Shown here in pieces: positions 19,505-29,484 of a DNA stretch of 50,250 nucleotides. Location of the stretch: assembly GCA_040256005.1 (NCBI GenBank), contig JBDZWC010000005.1:1-50250 (forward strand), read 5' to 3'. The position numbers were made by a program, and so were the translations under genes. Below the pieces are notes generated by a model. That model was not told the origin of the DNA. It searched no databases and saw only the letters and a list, made by a program, of their open reading frames with translations. Within the stretch, counting starts at the first letter, position 1. The number at the start of each line of letters is the position of its first letter. This stretch comes from Deinococcaceae bacterium. Its GTDB lineage: Bacteria > Deinococcota > Deinococci > Deinococcales > Trueperaceae.

Positions 19505-21508
19505 ATGCAGCGTAGGCGTAGCGGAACGAAGCTGAAGACCGCATCACTCCTGCTCTTCCTCACCGCCCTTGTCGTCTCGCAACCCGCTCTCGCGCAGGAG
19601 CCGTGGGAGTTGGCGGTGTGTGCTCCCGTGGCGGCGTACCCTGCGGCCGATCGCGAACGCGGGGGTTACGACGTCGAGATCGCGCAGCTTCTCGCCGAGG
19701 AGCTCGGCGCCAGGACGTCCTTCACCTGGTTCACGTTCGACGACATCGGCATGCGGGACAACCTGCACGCCGGTCTTTGCGACGTAGCGGTGGGCGTGCC
19801 GGAGGGCATCGAGAACATGCTCACGACCGTCGCCTACCTCAAGGCGCCGTACGTGTTCGTCACGCGCACAGACAGCGGCATCACCATCGAGTCGTTGGAT
19901 GATCCGCAACTACGCGAGCTCAGGATCGGGACGTACCCCTTCTCACTGCCGTACATGGCGCTCGACAACCGCGGTATCTCGGACAACGTGACCGAGTACG
20001 CCTCCGTCATCAAGCCCACGGGCGCCGACACGCACAGCCCCATCCTCGACGCGGTCCTGGCCGGCGCGGTGGACGTCGGCATCGTCTACGGCCCCGCCGC
20101 CGCAGGGCGGGCCCTCGACGAGCCAGGGACGCTCACCCTTGTCCCCGTTACTCCCGAGGTCGACTTCGGTGCCACGCTGATCCAGCTCTCCAGGATCTTG
20201 ACCCTCGGCGTGAGGGCCCAGGACGAGGCGCTGCGGGACAGCCTGAACCGTGCCTTGGCCCGGCGTTGGGACGACGTCATGGCCATCCTCGACGAGTACG
20301 GTGTGCCCAGGGGCGATGTTCCAAGGCCCATCGACTCAGCCGAGCTCGCCGGAGCAACCCAGGTGGGCGTCATCGTGCCCGCCCGCACCCCAGCCTCCCT
20401 GCCCAACGCAACCGTGGGCGACGATGCCCTGCGCGGCGCTGCTGTCGCTGAGAACCGTGTGTCCGTCGGCGGCGGCTCCATTCCTTTCCAGGTCCTGATG
20501 GCGCACGCCCCTTCCCTCGAGTCTGCGCAGAGGGCCGCCGCTCGGCTCATGCAGGTCAACGGTGTCAAAGCGCTGATCGGAGGCTACGCCCCCGAGTTCG
20601 CCCGGGCCATCGCCACCGAGGCCGCGGCGAACGGCGTGCCCTACTTCAACGTGGGCTCCGAAGAGGACGACCTTCGTGACCCCACGTGCTACCCGACGAC
20701 GTTCCATGTGGCCCCCAGCACGGCGATGCTGGTCTCGGGCATGATCGCCGCGGCCGAGTCAGACGGCGGCGACAGCGTCTACGTCATCGGGGAGGAGGGC
20801 GTTCTGACCGACGGGCTGCTTCAGCTCATCACCCAACGTCTAGAGGAAGCAGGCGGTCAGTTGGTCGGCAGCGCTACCGTCAAGGCCGACGAGTTCGTGT
20901 ACTTCCCAGTTCTCCAGGCGGTCAGGGACTCCGGTGCTGACACCGTGTTGATGCTCATCAGCTCGGAGGGCCAAGAGCTACTGTTGAGCCAGGCGCCGGC
21001 CGTCGTGCCCGACGTTCAGCTGCTGGGCATAGCCACCGTCCGAGGGCAGAGCCGCCCATTCCTGCAGCGCTTCGCCCAGGTCAGCCCGGACGGTGTCACC
21101 AGTCCTCGCGTCACCGTCTGGGACCCTGCGGCCGATTCGACGGTCAACGACGTCTTCTCGTCGCGTACAGGCGAGCCCATGGAGCCTGCTGCCTGGACCA
21201 CGTACGCTGCCATCGTCACGGCGTTCCAAGCCGCGCAGGCAGGGGCCCTCGACGATCCGGGAACTCTCAAGTCGTTCCTGAGCGCACCCGATCCGGCGCT
21301 CGAGGTGGGCAAATCGGCACCTGTCTCGTTCCGGCCCTCGGACGGTCAGCTCGTGCAGGAGCTGTACGTCGTGCGGTCGGCCCCCGACGCCGCCTGGGGT
21401 AGGACCGCCGCGGCACGCACCGCTTTCGGCGAGGTCGTCTCGGTACTCCAGCCGTCCATCACGGCTGATATCTCGGTGGCTCCGGCCAACGCCTGCGAGG
21501 CACGCTGA
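19505..21508 (+). CDS. Fusion: XoxJ/MxaJ-like domain + LutA/PedA-type (Peripla_BP_6) binding domain (copy A)
   Basis: N-half LAVCAP..YP..GYDVEIAQLLAEELG..CDVAVGVP..TTVAYLKAPYVFVTR; C-half PYFNVGSEEDDLRDPTCYPTTFHVAPS..SFRPSDGQLVQELY. Confidence 0.82.
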   Translation: MQRRRSGTKLKTASLLLFLTALVVSQPALAQEPWELAVCAPVAAYPAADRERGGYDVEIAQLLAEELGARTSFTWFTFDDIGMRDNLHAGLCDVAVGVPEGIENMLTTVAYLKAPYVFVTRTDSGITIESLDDPQLRELRIGTYPFSLPYMALDNRGISDNVTEYASVIKPTGADTHSPILDAVLAGAVDVGIVYGPAAAGRALDEPGTLTLVPVTPEVDFGATLIQLSRILTLGVRAQDEALRDSLNRALARRWDDVMAILDEYGVPRGDVPRPIDSAELAGATQVGVIVPARTPASLPNATVGDDALRGAAVAENRVSVGGGSIPFQVLMAHAPSLESAQRAAARLMQVNGVKALIGGYAPEFARAIATEAAANGVPYFNVGSEEDDLRDPTCYPTTFHVAPSTAMLVSGMIAAAESDGGDSVYVIGEEGVLTDGLLQLITQRLEEAGGQLVGSATVKADEFVYFPVLQAVRDSGADTVLMLISSEGQELLLSQAPAVVPDVQLLGIATVRGQSRPFLQRFAQVSPDGVTSPRVTVWDPAADSTVNDVFSSRTGEPMEPAAWTTYAAIVTAFQAAQAGALDDPGTLKSFLSAPDPALEVGKSAPVSFRPSDGQLVQELYVVRSAPDAAWGRTAAARTAFGEVVSVLQPSITADISVAPANACEAR

Positions 21509-21516
21509 CCACATCG

Positions 21517-23253
21517 GTGCGCCGCGGCACGCTCTACACCAGTCTGCTGCTCGTCGCGCTGTGCTGCGGCGTCGCGGTCGGACAACCAGATACGTCTGAC
21601 CCGATGGCCGGCGATGTCGGCTGGCTGCAGTTCGGGGGGGACGCGACCGCGACCCGCTCGAGCCCGCTCACCCAGATCACCAGCGAGAACGTCGACAGGC
21701 TGAGGCTCGCGTGGGCGACGGAGCTCGGTTTCACGGGCAGGGTCCAAGGCTCGCCGGCTGCTTGGCAGGGGCGTCTCTTCGTCAGCACGGAGCATGGCGT
21801 GCTGGCGCTAGACGCCGTCAGCGGCGCTCAGCTCTGGTACTACACGGAGTCGGCTGGGCAGAGGACCAACACCGGCCTGCCCGTGCAGGCGCCACGCGGC
21901 AGCCCTGCGGTCGTGCCAGGGGACGCGGCGGGCGGCATCGTGGTAGCCAGCTTGCCCAACGCCCCAGCCGTGGTGGCCCTCGACGTGGACGACGGCAGCT
22001 TGGTGTGGCGGACGGACGTGGGCGATCCGGACTTCTCGGAATCGCTCCGGACCAACCCCTTGCTGGCCGGCGACATCCTCGTGGTGGGACCGACCGGCGC
22101 CGACCTCAGCCCGGTACCGGGCCGGTTGGTAGGTTTGCGGCTCGAGGATGGCGCGGTAGCTTGGACCTTCGACCTGGTGCCGGTCGACGAGGCGGACCCC
22201 GCGCGAGCGACCTGGTCGCCGTACCCTCCTGGAAGGCGGTTCGGGGTGGGCGGTGGCTCGGCCTGGAACTCGGGTGCCTACGACCCGGTAAGCGGGCTGG
22301 TCGTCTACGGAACTGGGCAGCCCTTCCCCTCTGATCGCCTAGACCCGCGCCGCGACGATGGCGCGGGCCCGGTCAGCGACGACCTATACACCGCCAGTTT
22401 CGTAGCACTGCACGCCCAGACAGGTGAGCTAGCCTGGTACCACCAGGTCGTGCCGGGCGATGAGTGGGGCTACGACCAGCACACGGTGCCCATCATCGCC
22501 GAGCTCCCCATAGGCGAACCGAACCGAAGGGTTGCGATCCTGGCCACCACGACCGGCTTCGTGCTCGTCGTGGACGTCGTCACGGGCGAACTGATCGCTG
22601 CCAACCGCATGGTGGACGTGACGACTGTCCATCTGGGTTACGACGCGGCGGGGGAGCCGGTGATCGCCGAGGACATGCGCAGGTCCTCGCCCGAGCAGGT
22701 GCTGCGGGTGTGTCCGGGCGCGCGCTGGGCCAGCATCGCCCCAGGCGCCTTCAGCCCGGCTACCGGGCTCCTCTACCGGCCCAACGACATCGCCTGTATC
22801 CGGCTGGGGGTCTCTGGCGCGCCAGACGGCTGGGAGCCGGGTGTGCGCCCGACCTGGCTACTGGCAGACGTACGGCAACCAGAAGACCTCTTCGATCGTT
22901 GGGGCGCCCTGACGGCACTGGATCCCGCATCGGGTGAAGTGGCGTGGACCTTCGAGACGCCCTACCCGCACGACGCGGGTGCGCTGGTGACTGCCGGTGG
23001 CCTGGTCTTCTCCGCGTTCGCGGACCGGGTCTTCAGAGCGTTCGACGCCCAGACAGGTGAGGTGCTCTGGAGTCAGGTGTTGACCGCGCACTCGGATGGG
23101 GCCCCCATCACTTACGCGGTCGACGGGGTTCAGTACGTCGCCGTCATGGCGGGCAGGGACACGGCGGTGCACAGCCTGCCGACGTCCGGCCTACCGGACT
23201 CCATCACCGGGCCAGCGACGCTGTACGTGTTCGCGCTCGACGGGCTGCCCTGA
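21517..23253 (+). CDS. PQQ beta-propeller protein 2, paralog of dehydrogenase 1, catalytic Asp replaced
   Basis: RSSPLTQITSENVDRLRLAW, GGGSAWNSGAYDP, DDLYTASFVAL, DEWGYD, PITYAVDGVQYVAV. Confidence 0.85.
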   Translation: MRRGTLYTSLLLVALCCGVAVGQPDTSDPMAGDVGWLQFGGDATATRSSPLTQITSENVDRLRLAWATELGFTGRVQGSPAAWQGRLFVSTEHGVLALDAVSGAQLWYYTESAGQRTNTGLPVQAPRGSPAVVPGDAAGGIVVASLPNAPAVVALDVDDGSLVWRTDVGDPDFSESLRTNPLLAGDILVVGPTGADLSPVPGRLVGLRLEDGAVAWTFDLVPVDEADPARATWSPYPPGRRFGVGGGSAWNSGAYDPVSGLVVYGTGQPFPSDRLDPRRDDGAGPVSDDLYTASFVALHAQTGELAWYHQVVPGDEWGYDQHTVPIIAELPIGEPNRRVAILATTTGFVLVVDVVTGELIAANRMVDVTTVHLGYDAAGEPVIAEDMRRSSPEQVLRVCPGARWASIAPGAFSPATGLLYRPNDIACIRLGVSGAPDGWEPGVRPTWLLADVRQPEDLFDRWGALTALDPASGEVAWTFETPYPHDAGALVTAGGLVFSAFADRVFRAFDAQTGEVLWSQVLTAHSDGAPITYAVDGVQYVAVMAGRDTAVHSLPTSGLPDSITGPATLYVFALDGLP

Positions 23254-26200
23254 TCGATCCGAAGAGCACGACGATCGCCCCGTAGCGCAGCGCGAGCGCA
23301 GTGATGAACGAGAGCAGGGCTAGCACGAACCAGGCGGCCGGTGAGCCTCCCCAGACGAGATGGGGTGTAACGGCCGGGAGGTCCACCGCTACTCCGACGC
23401 TACCGCCCGTGGCTACCGCCAGGTCCGCCAGCGCCACGCCTCTTGACTGAGAGTGCTCCGACGGCGGGAGGGGCCAGTTCACGGCACGCACCACCGGTTG
23501 GCTCAGGCCCTGTTCCGGCACGGGCAACACAGTGACGGCCAAGGTTCCTTCCCAGTCATCTGATACCGCGAACCTGGCCACCGCACTGCCCGCCCCGCGG
23601 GGCGTGAGTTGGCTTCGGTTGACGACCTTACCGTCGGCGCTCAGTTCGACCAGCGGCAGGTCCAGCCCGTCCATCTCGAGCGGTACGTCGACCAATACTT
23701 GCAGGTACCCGCTGCCACCCTCCGTCCTCACGCTCCAGACGTCGCGGATGGGCCGCTCCGCCGTCCAACGCAGCGCCTGTGCCCAGAGCCGGCCGTAGAA
23801 GTCGGTCCCTTCCCACTCCTCCGACCATGGGCCGTCGGCGGCAGACGCGAACGCCACCACTCGGCCCAGCCCGTAACGCCAGGACGCGATCAACGGGTCT
23901 CCATGTTCCTGCTCGACGAGGTGCACGCTGGCCTCGTCCTTGGCCGTAGTGCGCACGTAGCCGCGCAAGGCGGGAGGCGCGTTGCCAGCTACGTCCTCGA
24001 GGGACCCAGACCCCTCAGCGTCGACCCAGCTGGCCGACGTGGTGCGCTCCTCGATCGGCTCGGCCGCCAGCATCAGGGCCTCCTGGGCAAGCAGGCCGGG
24101 CAGGGACCTGAAGTCGCGCGCCATGTGCAGGGAGCCCCCGCTCAAGCCCGCCAGCTTGTTGAGCTGTCGTCCATCAGCGCCGTCGCCCACTCCGACGAAG
24201 CTCACCGAGACGCCCATCTCGCCCAGAGCCGTCAGCACACCTTCGAAGTCGCCTTCTTGCGACAGGCCGTCCGTCATGACGACGACGTGCCTCGTGGCCG
24301 ACTCGTTCTCGCTTAGCAACCCGAACGCCGCCACAAGGCCCGGGTAGATCGCGGTACCGCCGGCGGCGCCGACGCCGGCGAGTGCGTCCCGGAACACCTG
24401 AGCTTCCACGACGGGCGTGAAAGGCAACACCACCTGTGCGCTGGTGTCGAAGACGACTATCGCGGCCAGGCTCTGCTCGCCGAGCAGCGCCAGGGCCTCG
24501 ACGGTTGCCGCCTTGGCCACGTCCATGCGCGTAGCGTCTCCCACGGGTCCGCTCATGCTGCCCGACCTGTCGAGCACGAACGTGATCGACACCTCGGGAG
24601 CATCCTCGCTGATGCGCGCCGACAGCGGCGACACCGACTCCAGCGGGGTGGTGTAGTACCCACCGGGTCCGAACGCCGAAGGGCCGCCGAAGATCGTCAG
24701 CCCGCCGCCCCACTCGCGCACGTACGCCTCCAGGGCGGCCTGGTACTCAGGGAACAGTTCGTTCGCAGAGACGTTCACTAGTAGCACCGCGTCGAAGACC
24801 GCCAAGTCCTCGGCTTCGCCGGGCATGCGGAACGGAGTGGTCCGCGTTACGTCCACCCTCTGGGTCCGCAACGCGGCTTCGAGTGCCGAGCCCTGGTGCT
24901 CGTCGGCTGCCACCAACAACGCGGAGACGGGAGGGCCTACGGCGACGGTGATGAGGCCGTCGTAGGTGGGGTCGGCTGCGCCCAGGGGCGTGAGCGTGAG
25001 CCGGTAGGTCGGATCCCCCGGGGGGCCAGCCGTCAGCTCCAGCGAGGCCGAGGACGGTCCACTGCCCCTTACCTCCACCCCGACGATCCGGTCGCCGGCA
25101 GCCTCCTCCCCGGGAGCGGTCGGCTCGAGTCGGGCGGTCCAACCCGTTTCGGTAGGCGCTTCGACCCGGATGTCGACGGAGAACTGGGCCCCCGATCTGA
25201 CGCGCTCGGGCCAAGTGACGGCGGTGACCGACAGGCGGTCGCCTGCGCGTTGCAGAGCGGGCGGAACGTCAGTCTCGACGACATGTAGCGACGTGGTCAC
25301 CGCTCGGGTCCGACGCCAAAGGTTAGAGGCGCTACCTACCTCGACCGGCATAGAGGGATCTAGTTCGACTATGACGGCGTCATCGCCCGGCGCTGGTGGC
25401 ATCGCGAGGGCCACCTCCAGCGCCAGCGCCGCGTCCGGTGTCGAGAGGTCGTCGCCTGGCCCTCGGCCCTGTGTGACGTTCGGCCCTTCGACCACCGCGA
25501 TCCGCGACCAAGTGCGTCCGGGGTTCTCCGTTCGAACGCGGGCGAAAGCTGTGTTGGAGGACGCCGGCCCCACCCACGTAGCACTGCCACCGGAGCGCGC
25601 GACCGGTACCCGAACACCGAGGACCCCTGATCCCAGCAGCGCCACCGCCGCGAGCAGGAAAGCGCCCTGGCGGCGCGACCGAGTCAGAGCCACCTCCTTG
25701 CGTGCCACAGCCAGGCCCGCTTCTACGAAGATCAGCAGCAGCGCCACGACGGCTGCCCAGCGCCAAGCTGGCAGGGCCGTAGGCGGAGGCGCCGCGGCGG
25801 GGACATCGCCGCTGGGCCTCCCCGCCTCGACAGGTGCGCTCACCACGGGCAGCTGTACGTCGCCCCCGGGTGACCGAAGCCGGTAGACGCCGCTGAGTTC
25901 GGGCCTGAAGCCATCGTCGAACCAGTCCTGGTCCCAGACCGCGTCCGCCAGTGGATCGCTGGGTACCGCGCGCGGCAACACGGGCGCCGCGATCTCGTCC
26001 CCTGCGGGGCTCACGAGTACCCAGTCCCCTGCGAAGGCCTCACGCGGCCACGGGCAAGATCGGGAGGTCCTGCAGCCGCTCGGTTGGTGAGACCACGCGC
26101 GCGGCGCCGCCCAGGCCACGACCTCCGCGACGAAAGCCGGGAAGCTCAGTTGCGACTGCCAGGCGCTGGACACGGGGTCGACCCCCACTACGATCTGCCT

Positions 26201-27559
26201 GCCGACCGTGGTCGTACGAGCCCAGGCCAGCACCTTGTCGCCCGAACTGAGCAGTGGCGTGGCACCTTCCAATGCGACGACCGGCTGGGCGCGACCGGCG
26301 ACCAACACCCCTGGTTCCAGGTCGCGTACGAGGACGTGAGCACCGGCACTAAGCGGGCGTCCTGCCAGCTCCACCGCCTCTCCGTCTCGAACCGCTTCCG
26401 GCACCGCCCCCAGCCAGAGGGTCGATGTCTGCGGTACACCAGGGAGGTCGTCCGTAACGATCGCGAGGTCGAAGAGGCGTGCTTGTTGGGGCGCTGGCAC
26501 GGCGGGCGCGGCATACACCTCCAAGTCCCCCACCGCTGCCAGCGCCCTCAGCAGAGCGTGGGGAGCCTCGCCCACCACGACCACGCGCACGGGCTCGGGC
26601 CGCAGCGGCACGACGACGCTGTCGTCGGCCGGTGCTTGGTCGCCGGTGGGGCCGTCGAGCCTCAGTTCTCCCGGGCCGGGCAGGTCGAGCGGCATCTCGA
26701 ACACAGCAGTGCCGTCAGCCGCCAGCACCACGTCGGTCCCGCCCCATGGCAGGAACGTGTCCGTGCCCGTTGACCGGTACGAGGCCATCACCCTGATCAC
26801 ATCGCCGCGCTCCAAGCCCGACGTCGTGACGGTGCCCGACACGTCCCACCGGTCAGGCCGGTCCCCACGCACCGTGGCATGAACGTCTCTGATGCCGACG
26901 TTCACCAGGTCGCCGCCAAGGGTCAAGTAGCTGACCCTGTCGGCGAGCCCAACCTCGGTCAGCGCCGACCGTGCCGCCTCGACCCCCTGGCCATCCGTGT
27001 AGACGACCACCCGGCCGTCTTCTCCTGCCAGGAGCTCAGCGCGTATGGCCGCGCCCCGCCAGTCCTCACGAGCTTCTCCGGCGGTGATGGCCGAGGTGAC
27101 ACGCGTGAGGTCGGGGCCGGCCGGCCAGCGCGCCGCCAGCACGGTCGCGGGTGCGCCCGCTCGGACGACGGAGACGGTTGCCTCGGTGTCCTTACGAGCG
27201 AACCGAGCCTCGATGTCAGAGATGGCGGCCGAGAGGCGATCGGGCGAAACGTCTCTGGATGACATCGCCACCGACGTGTCCACCAGCACGACCCAGTCCG
27301 TCGGACCGCTACCGTATCCAACCACAGGCCGTGCCAGGGCGAGCACCACGAAGGTCAGCGCCAGGGCCTGCAACCACAGCAGCGGGTCACGCCAAGGAAC
27401 GGACCTGACGCTGGGCGCGTTCAGTCCGTCGGCTGCGACCCGGCGCCAGATGAGCAGGTTCGGCACGACGACGTCGCGCCTGCGTCGGGCATGCAACAGG
27501 ACGAGCGCGGGCAAGAGCACCGGCAGCAGCCAGAGCCAAGCGCCGTGAACGAAGCTCAC
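23204..27559 (-). CDS. Large membrane VWA protein (BatA N-terminus, VWA, GATase1/DUF1355-like, VWA), ~1451 aa
   Basis: GTG 27559 overlaps the DUF58 stop; BatA-type PLLWLQALAL..ALARP; DTSVAM; GGGLTIFGGPSAFGPGGY; MIDAS DRSGSM..GGT..MTDG. Confidence 0.82.
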   Translation of the reverse strand: MSFVHGAWLWLLPVLLPALVLLHARRRRDVVVPNLLIWRRVAADGLNAPSVRSVPWRDPLLWLQALALTFVVLALARPVVGYGSGPTDWVVLVDTSVAMSSRDVSPDRLSAAISDIEARFARKDTEATVSVVRAGAPATVLAARWPAGPDLTRVTSAITAGEAREDWRGAAIRAELLAGEDGRVVVYTDGQGVEAARSALTEVGLADRVSYLTLGGDLVNVGIRDVHATVRGDRPDRWDVSGTVTTSGLERGDVIRVMASYRSTGTDTFLPWGGTDVVLAADGTAVFEMPLDLPGPGELRLDGPTGDQAPADDSVVVPLRPEPVRVVVVGEAPHALLRALAAVGDLEVYAAPAVPAPQQARLFDLAIVTDDLPGVPQTSTLWLGAVPEAVRDGEAVELAGRPLSAGAHVLVRDLEPGVLVAGRAQPVVALEGATPLLSSGDKVLAWARTTTVGRQIVVGVDPVSSAWQSQLSFPAFVAEVVAWAAPRAWSHQPSGCRTSRSCPWPREAFAGDWVLVSPAGDEIAAPVLPRAVPSDPLADAVWDQDWFDDGFRPELSGVYRLRSPGGDVQLPVVSAPVEAGRPSGDVPAAAPPPTALPAWRWAAVVALLLIFVEAGLAVARKEVALTRSRRQGAFLLAAVALLGSGVLGVRVPVARSGGSATWVGPASSNTAFARVRTENPGRTWSRIAVVEGPNVTQGRGPGDDLSTPDAALALEVALAMPPAPGDDAVIVELDPSMPVEVGSASNLWRRTRAVTTSLHVVETDVPPALQRAGDRLSVTAVTWPERVRSGAQFSVDIRVEAPTETGWTARLEPTAPGEEAAGDRIVGVEVRGSGPSSASLELTAGPPGDPTYRLTLTPLGAADPTYDGLITVAVGPPVSALLVAADEHQGSALEAALRTQRVDVTRTTPFRMPGEAEDLAVFDAVLLVNVSANELFPEYQAALEAYVREWGGGLTIFGGPSAFGPGGYYTTPLESVSPLSARISEDAPEVSITFVLDRSGSMSGPVGDATRMDVAKAATVEALALLGEQSLAAIVVFDTSAQVVLPFTPVVEAQVFRDALAGVGAAGGTAIYPGLVAAFGLLSENESATRHVVVMTDGLSQEGDFEGVLTALGEMGVSVSFVGVGDGADGRQLNKLAGLSGGSLHMARDFRSLPGLLAQEALMLAAEPIEERTTSASWVDAEGSGSLEDVAGNAPPALRGYVRTTAKDEASVHLVEQEHGDPLIASWRYGLGRVVAFASAADGPWSEEWEGTDFYGRLWAQALRWTAERPIRDVWSVRTEGGSGYLQVLVDVPLEMDGLDLPLVELSADGKVVNRSQLTPRGAGSAVARFAVSDDWEGTLAVTVLPVPEQGLSQPVVRAVNWPLPPSEHSQSRGVALADLAVATGGSVGVAVDLPAVTPHLVWGGSPAAWFVLALLSFITALALRYGAIVVLFGSIRAARRARTRTASLAR

Positions 27560-28434
27560 GTGATCACACCCTGCGCCCTCAGGTCGCGAACCACGTTTTC
27601 GTTGAGGGCGCCGCCGGCAGCGACCGAGAGCCACCTGCCTTCCACCGACCACACCGCCGAGCGCACGGCCTCGCTCCACTCCGACACTGCCGATCGGTAC
27701 GCCCGCCAGGTATGGCGGTCCGCGCGGCGATCGATTACGGCGCCGCTCTCGGCATCTATGAGCCTGACCCAGCCTGTGGGCCCCACCTCCGTCCCTGACT
27801 CGGCCGCGCCGAGTACCTGGACGGCCACCACCTCCTGCTCCCTCACCCGCCAAGCCCGCAGCGCTTCCGCGAAGCCCTCCACCAGCCAGTCGCTGATGAC
27901 GACGAGCACGCCCGGAGCGGCCAGCGCCTCCAACGAACGGGCCGCTAGCTGGTTCATGGGTACTTGGGCACCGCCTGGCCGCACGTCGCCGAGGCGATCC
28001 AACTCCCGCCACAGCTGGCGGTCACGACTGACGGTTCCACCCCATTCGACACGGTCATGCTTGGTGACACCGAAGCGGACCTGGTCAGAGCCGTTGAGCG
28101 CCACCTCACCGAAAACGGCGGCCAGCTGGACGGCGCGGCTCCACAGGGTCGGGTCGGCGGCCATCGAACCGCTGCCATCCAGGAGCACGCTCACGCGCAG
28201 GCGCTGCTCCACGTGATACTGCTTGACCACCGCTCGACCGTGCCGAGCGTAGACGTGTCTGTCGAGGTGCCTTAGGTCGTCTCCCGGCTCGTAGTCGCGG
28301 TACTCGGCGAACTCGATCCCAGCACCAACGGACCTCGACCGGCGTTCGCCGACGCCGACGTTGGCCGGCGCCGTCGATATCAGCCTGGCACCGCTCAGCA
28401 GCCTGCGCACTTCGCCAGACAGCCGGCCCCTCAT
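27556..28434 (-). CDS. DUF58 domain protein (MoxR-associated, MxaS-like)
   Basis: GIEFAEYRDYEPGDDLRHLD, LLDGSGSM, VVISDW. Confidence 0.9.
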   Translation of the reverse strand: MRGRLSGEVRRLLSGARLISTAPANVGVGERRSRSVGAGIEFAEYRDYEPGDDLRHLDRHVYARHGRAVVKQYHVEQRLRVSVLLDGSGSMAADPTLWSRAVQLAAVFGEVALNGSDQVRFGVTKHDRVEWGGTVSRDRQLWRELDRLGDVRPGGAQVPMNQLAARSLEALAAPGVLVVISDWLVEGFAEALRAWRVREQEVVAVQVLGAAESGTEVGPTGWVRLIDAESGAVIDRRADRHTWRAYRSAVSEWSEAVRSAVWSVEGRWLSVAAGGALNENVVRDLRAQGVIT

Positions 28435-29462
28435 CTGCTCCGGGCTGCCACCGCTTCGAACAGTTCCTCGATCAGGTCGTCGACCTCGATCCCGGCCGCC
28501 TCGCCCTCGAAGTTGACCTGGATGCGGTGGCGAAGGGCCGGCGCGGCGATCGCCCTCACGTCCTCGAACGACACGTTGAAGCGGCCGTCCATGAGGGCCC
28601 GCGCCTTGGCGGCCAGGACCAGAGCCTGCGCTCCGCGGGGGGACACCCCGTAGCGCACGTACCGCTTCACCCGCTCGGACGCCTCGAGCAACTCTGGCTG
28701 TGTCGCCCTCACGTAGGTCGCCACGACGGACCTGACCTCACTGGAGATCGGCACGTCCCGCGTCCAATGCTGCAAAGCGAGGACGTCCTCCGGCCCCATC
28801 GCGGCCTCGGGAACCTGCACCTCCACGCCCGTCGTAGCGTCGACGATCTCCTGAATGACTGCGTGGGACGGGAAACCCAACGTCACCTTGAAGAAGAACC
28901 TGTCGATCTGGGCTTCGGGAAGGACGTAGGTACCCTCCATCTCGATGGGGTTCTGCGTGGCCAGCACGAAGAACGGCCTGGGCAGCTCGTACTCGGTGCC
29001 CATGACCGTGACGGTGCCTTCCTGCATCGCCTCCAGCAGGGATGACTGCGTCTTGGGCGTGGCACGGTTGATCTCGTCTGCCAACACCATCTGGGCGAAC
29101 ACGGGTCCGGGTTGGAAGACCGTCGACATCCCCCTGCCGGCATCCCCGGGCGCCAGCGTGTATGTGCCCGTGATGTCGGCCGGCATCAGGTCTGGGGTGA
29201 ACTGGATCCGGTTGAGCTTCAGGTTGAGAACTGCCCCCAAAGTGCGGACGAGGAGCGTCTTGCCCAAGCCTGGAGGGCTCTCGATCAGGACGTGACCGCC
29301 GGCGAGCAGCGCTACGAACGCCTGGTCGATGACCTCGGGTTGACCGACGACGACCCGTCTTACCTCCTGACGAGCTGCCTCCAACCTTCGGAGCGTGTCC
29401 TCAAGCCTCGAGGCCTCATGCTCGGGACCGAGAGAGGGCGCCTGCATCAGCTCGTCTTCCAT
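28431..29462 (-). CDS. moxR: MoxR family AAA+ ATPase
   Basis: GHVLIESPPGLGKT, RIQFTPDLMPADITG, LADEINRATPKTQSSLLEAMQE, ATQNPIEMEGTY; start ATG 29462 after GAGGTG. Confidence 0.93.
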   Translation of the reverse strand: MEDELMQAPSLGPEHEASRLEDTLRRLEAARQEVRRVVVGQPEVIDQAFVALLAGGHVLIESPPGLGKTLLVRTLGAVLNLKLNRIQFTPDLMPADITGTYTLAPGDAGRGMSTVFQPGPVFAQMVLADEINRATPKTQSSLLEAMQEGTVTVMGTEYELPRPFFVLATQNPIEMEGTYVLPEAQIDRFFFKVTLGFPSHAVIQEIVDATTGVEVQVPEAAMGPEDVLALQHWTRDVPISSEVRSVVATYVRATQPELLEASERVKRYVRYGVSPRGAQALVLAAKARALMDGRFNVSFEDVRAIAAPALRHRIQVNFEGEAAGIEVDDLIEELFEAVAARSR

Positions 29463-29484
29463 CTCACCTCGCGGGTAGGGCCGC

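Noticed and set aside
27560..28012. Extension of the VWA ORF to 1602 aa
   Set aside because: Overlaps DUF58 in another frame; BatA motif starts at GTG 27559
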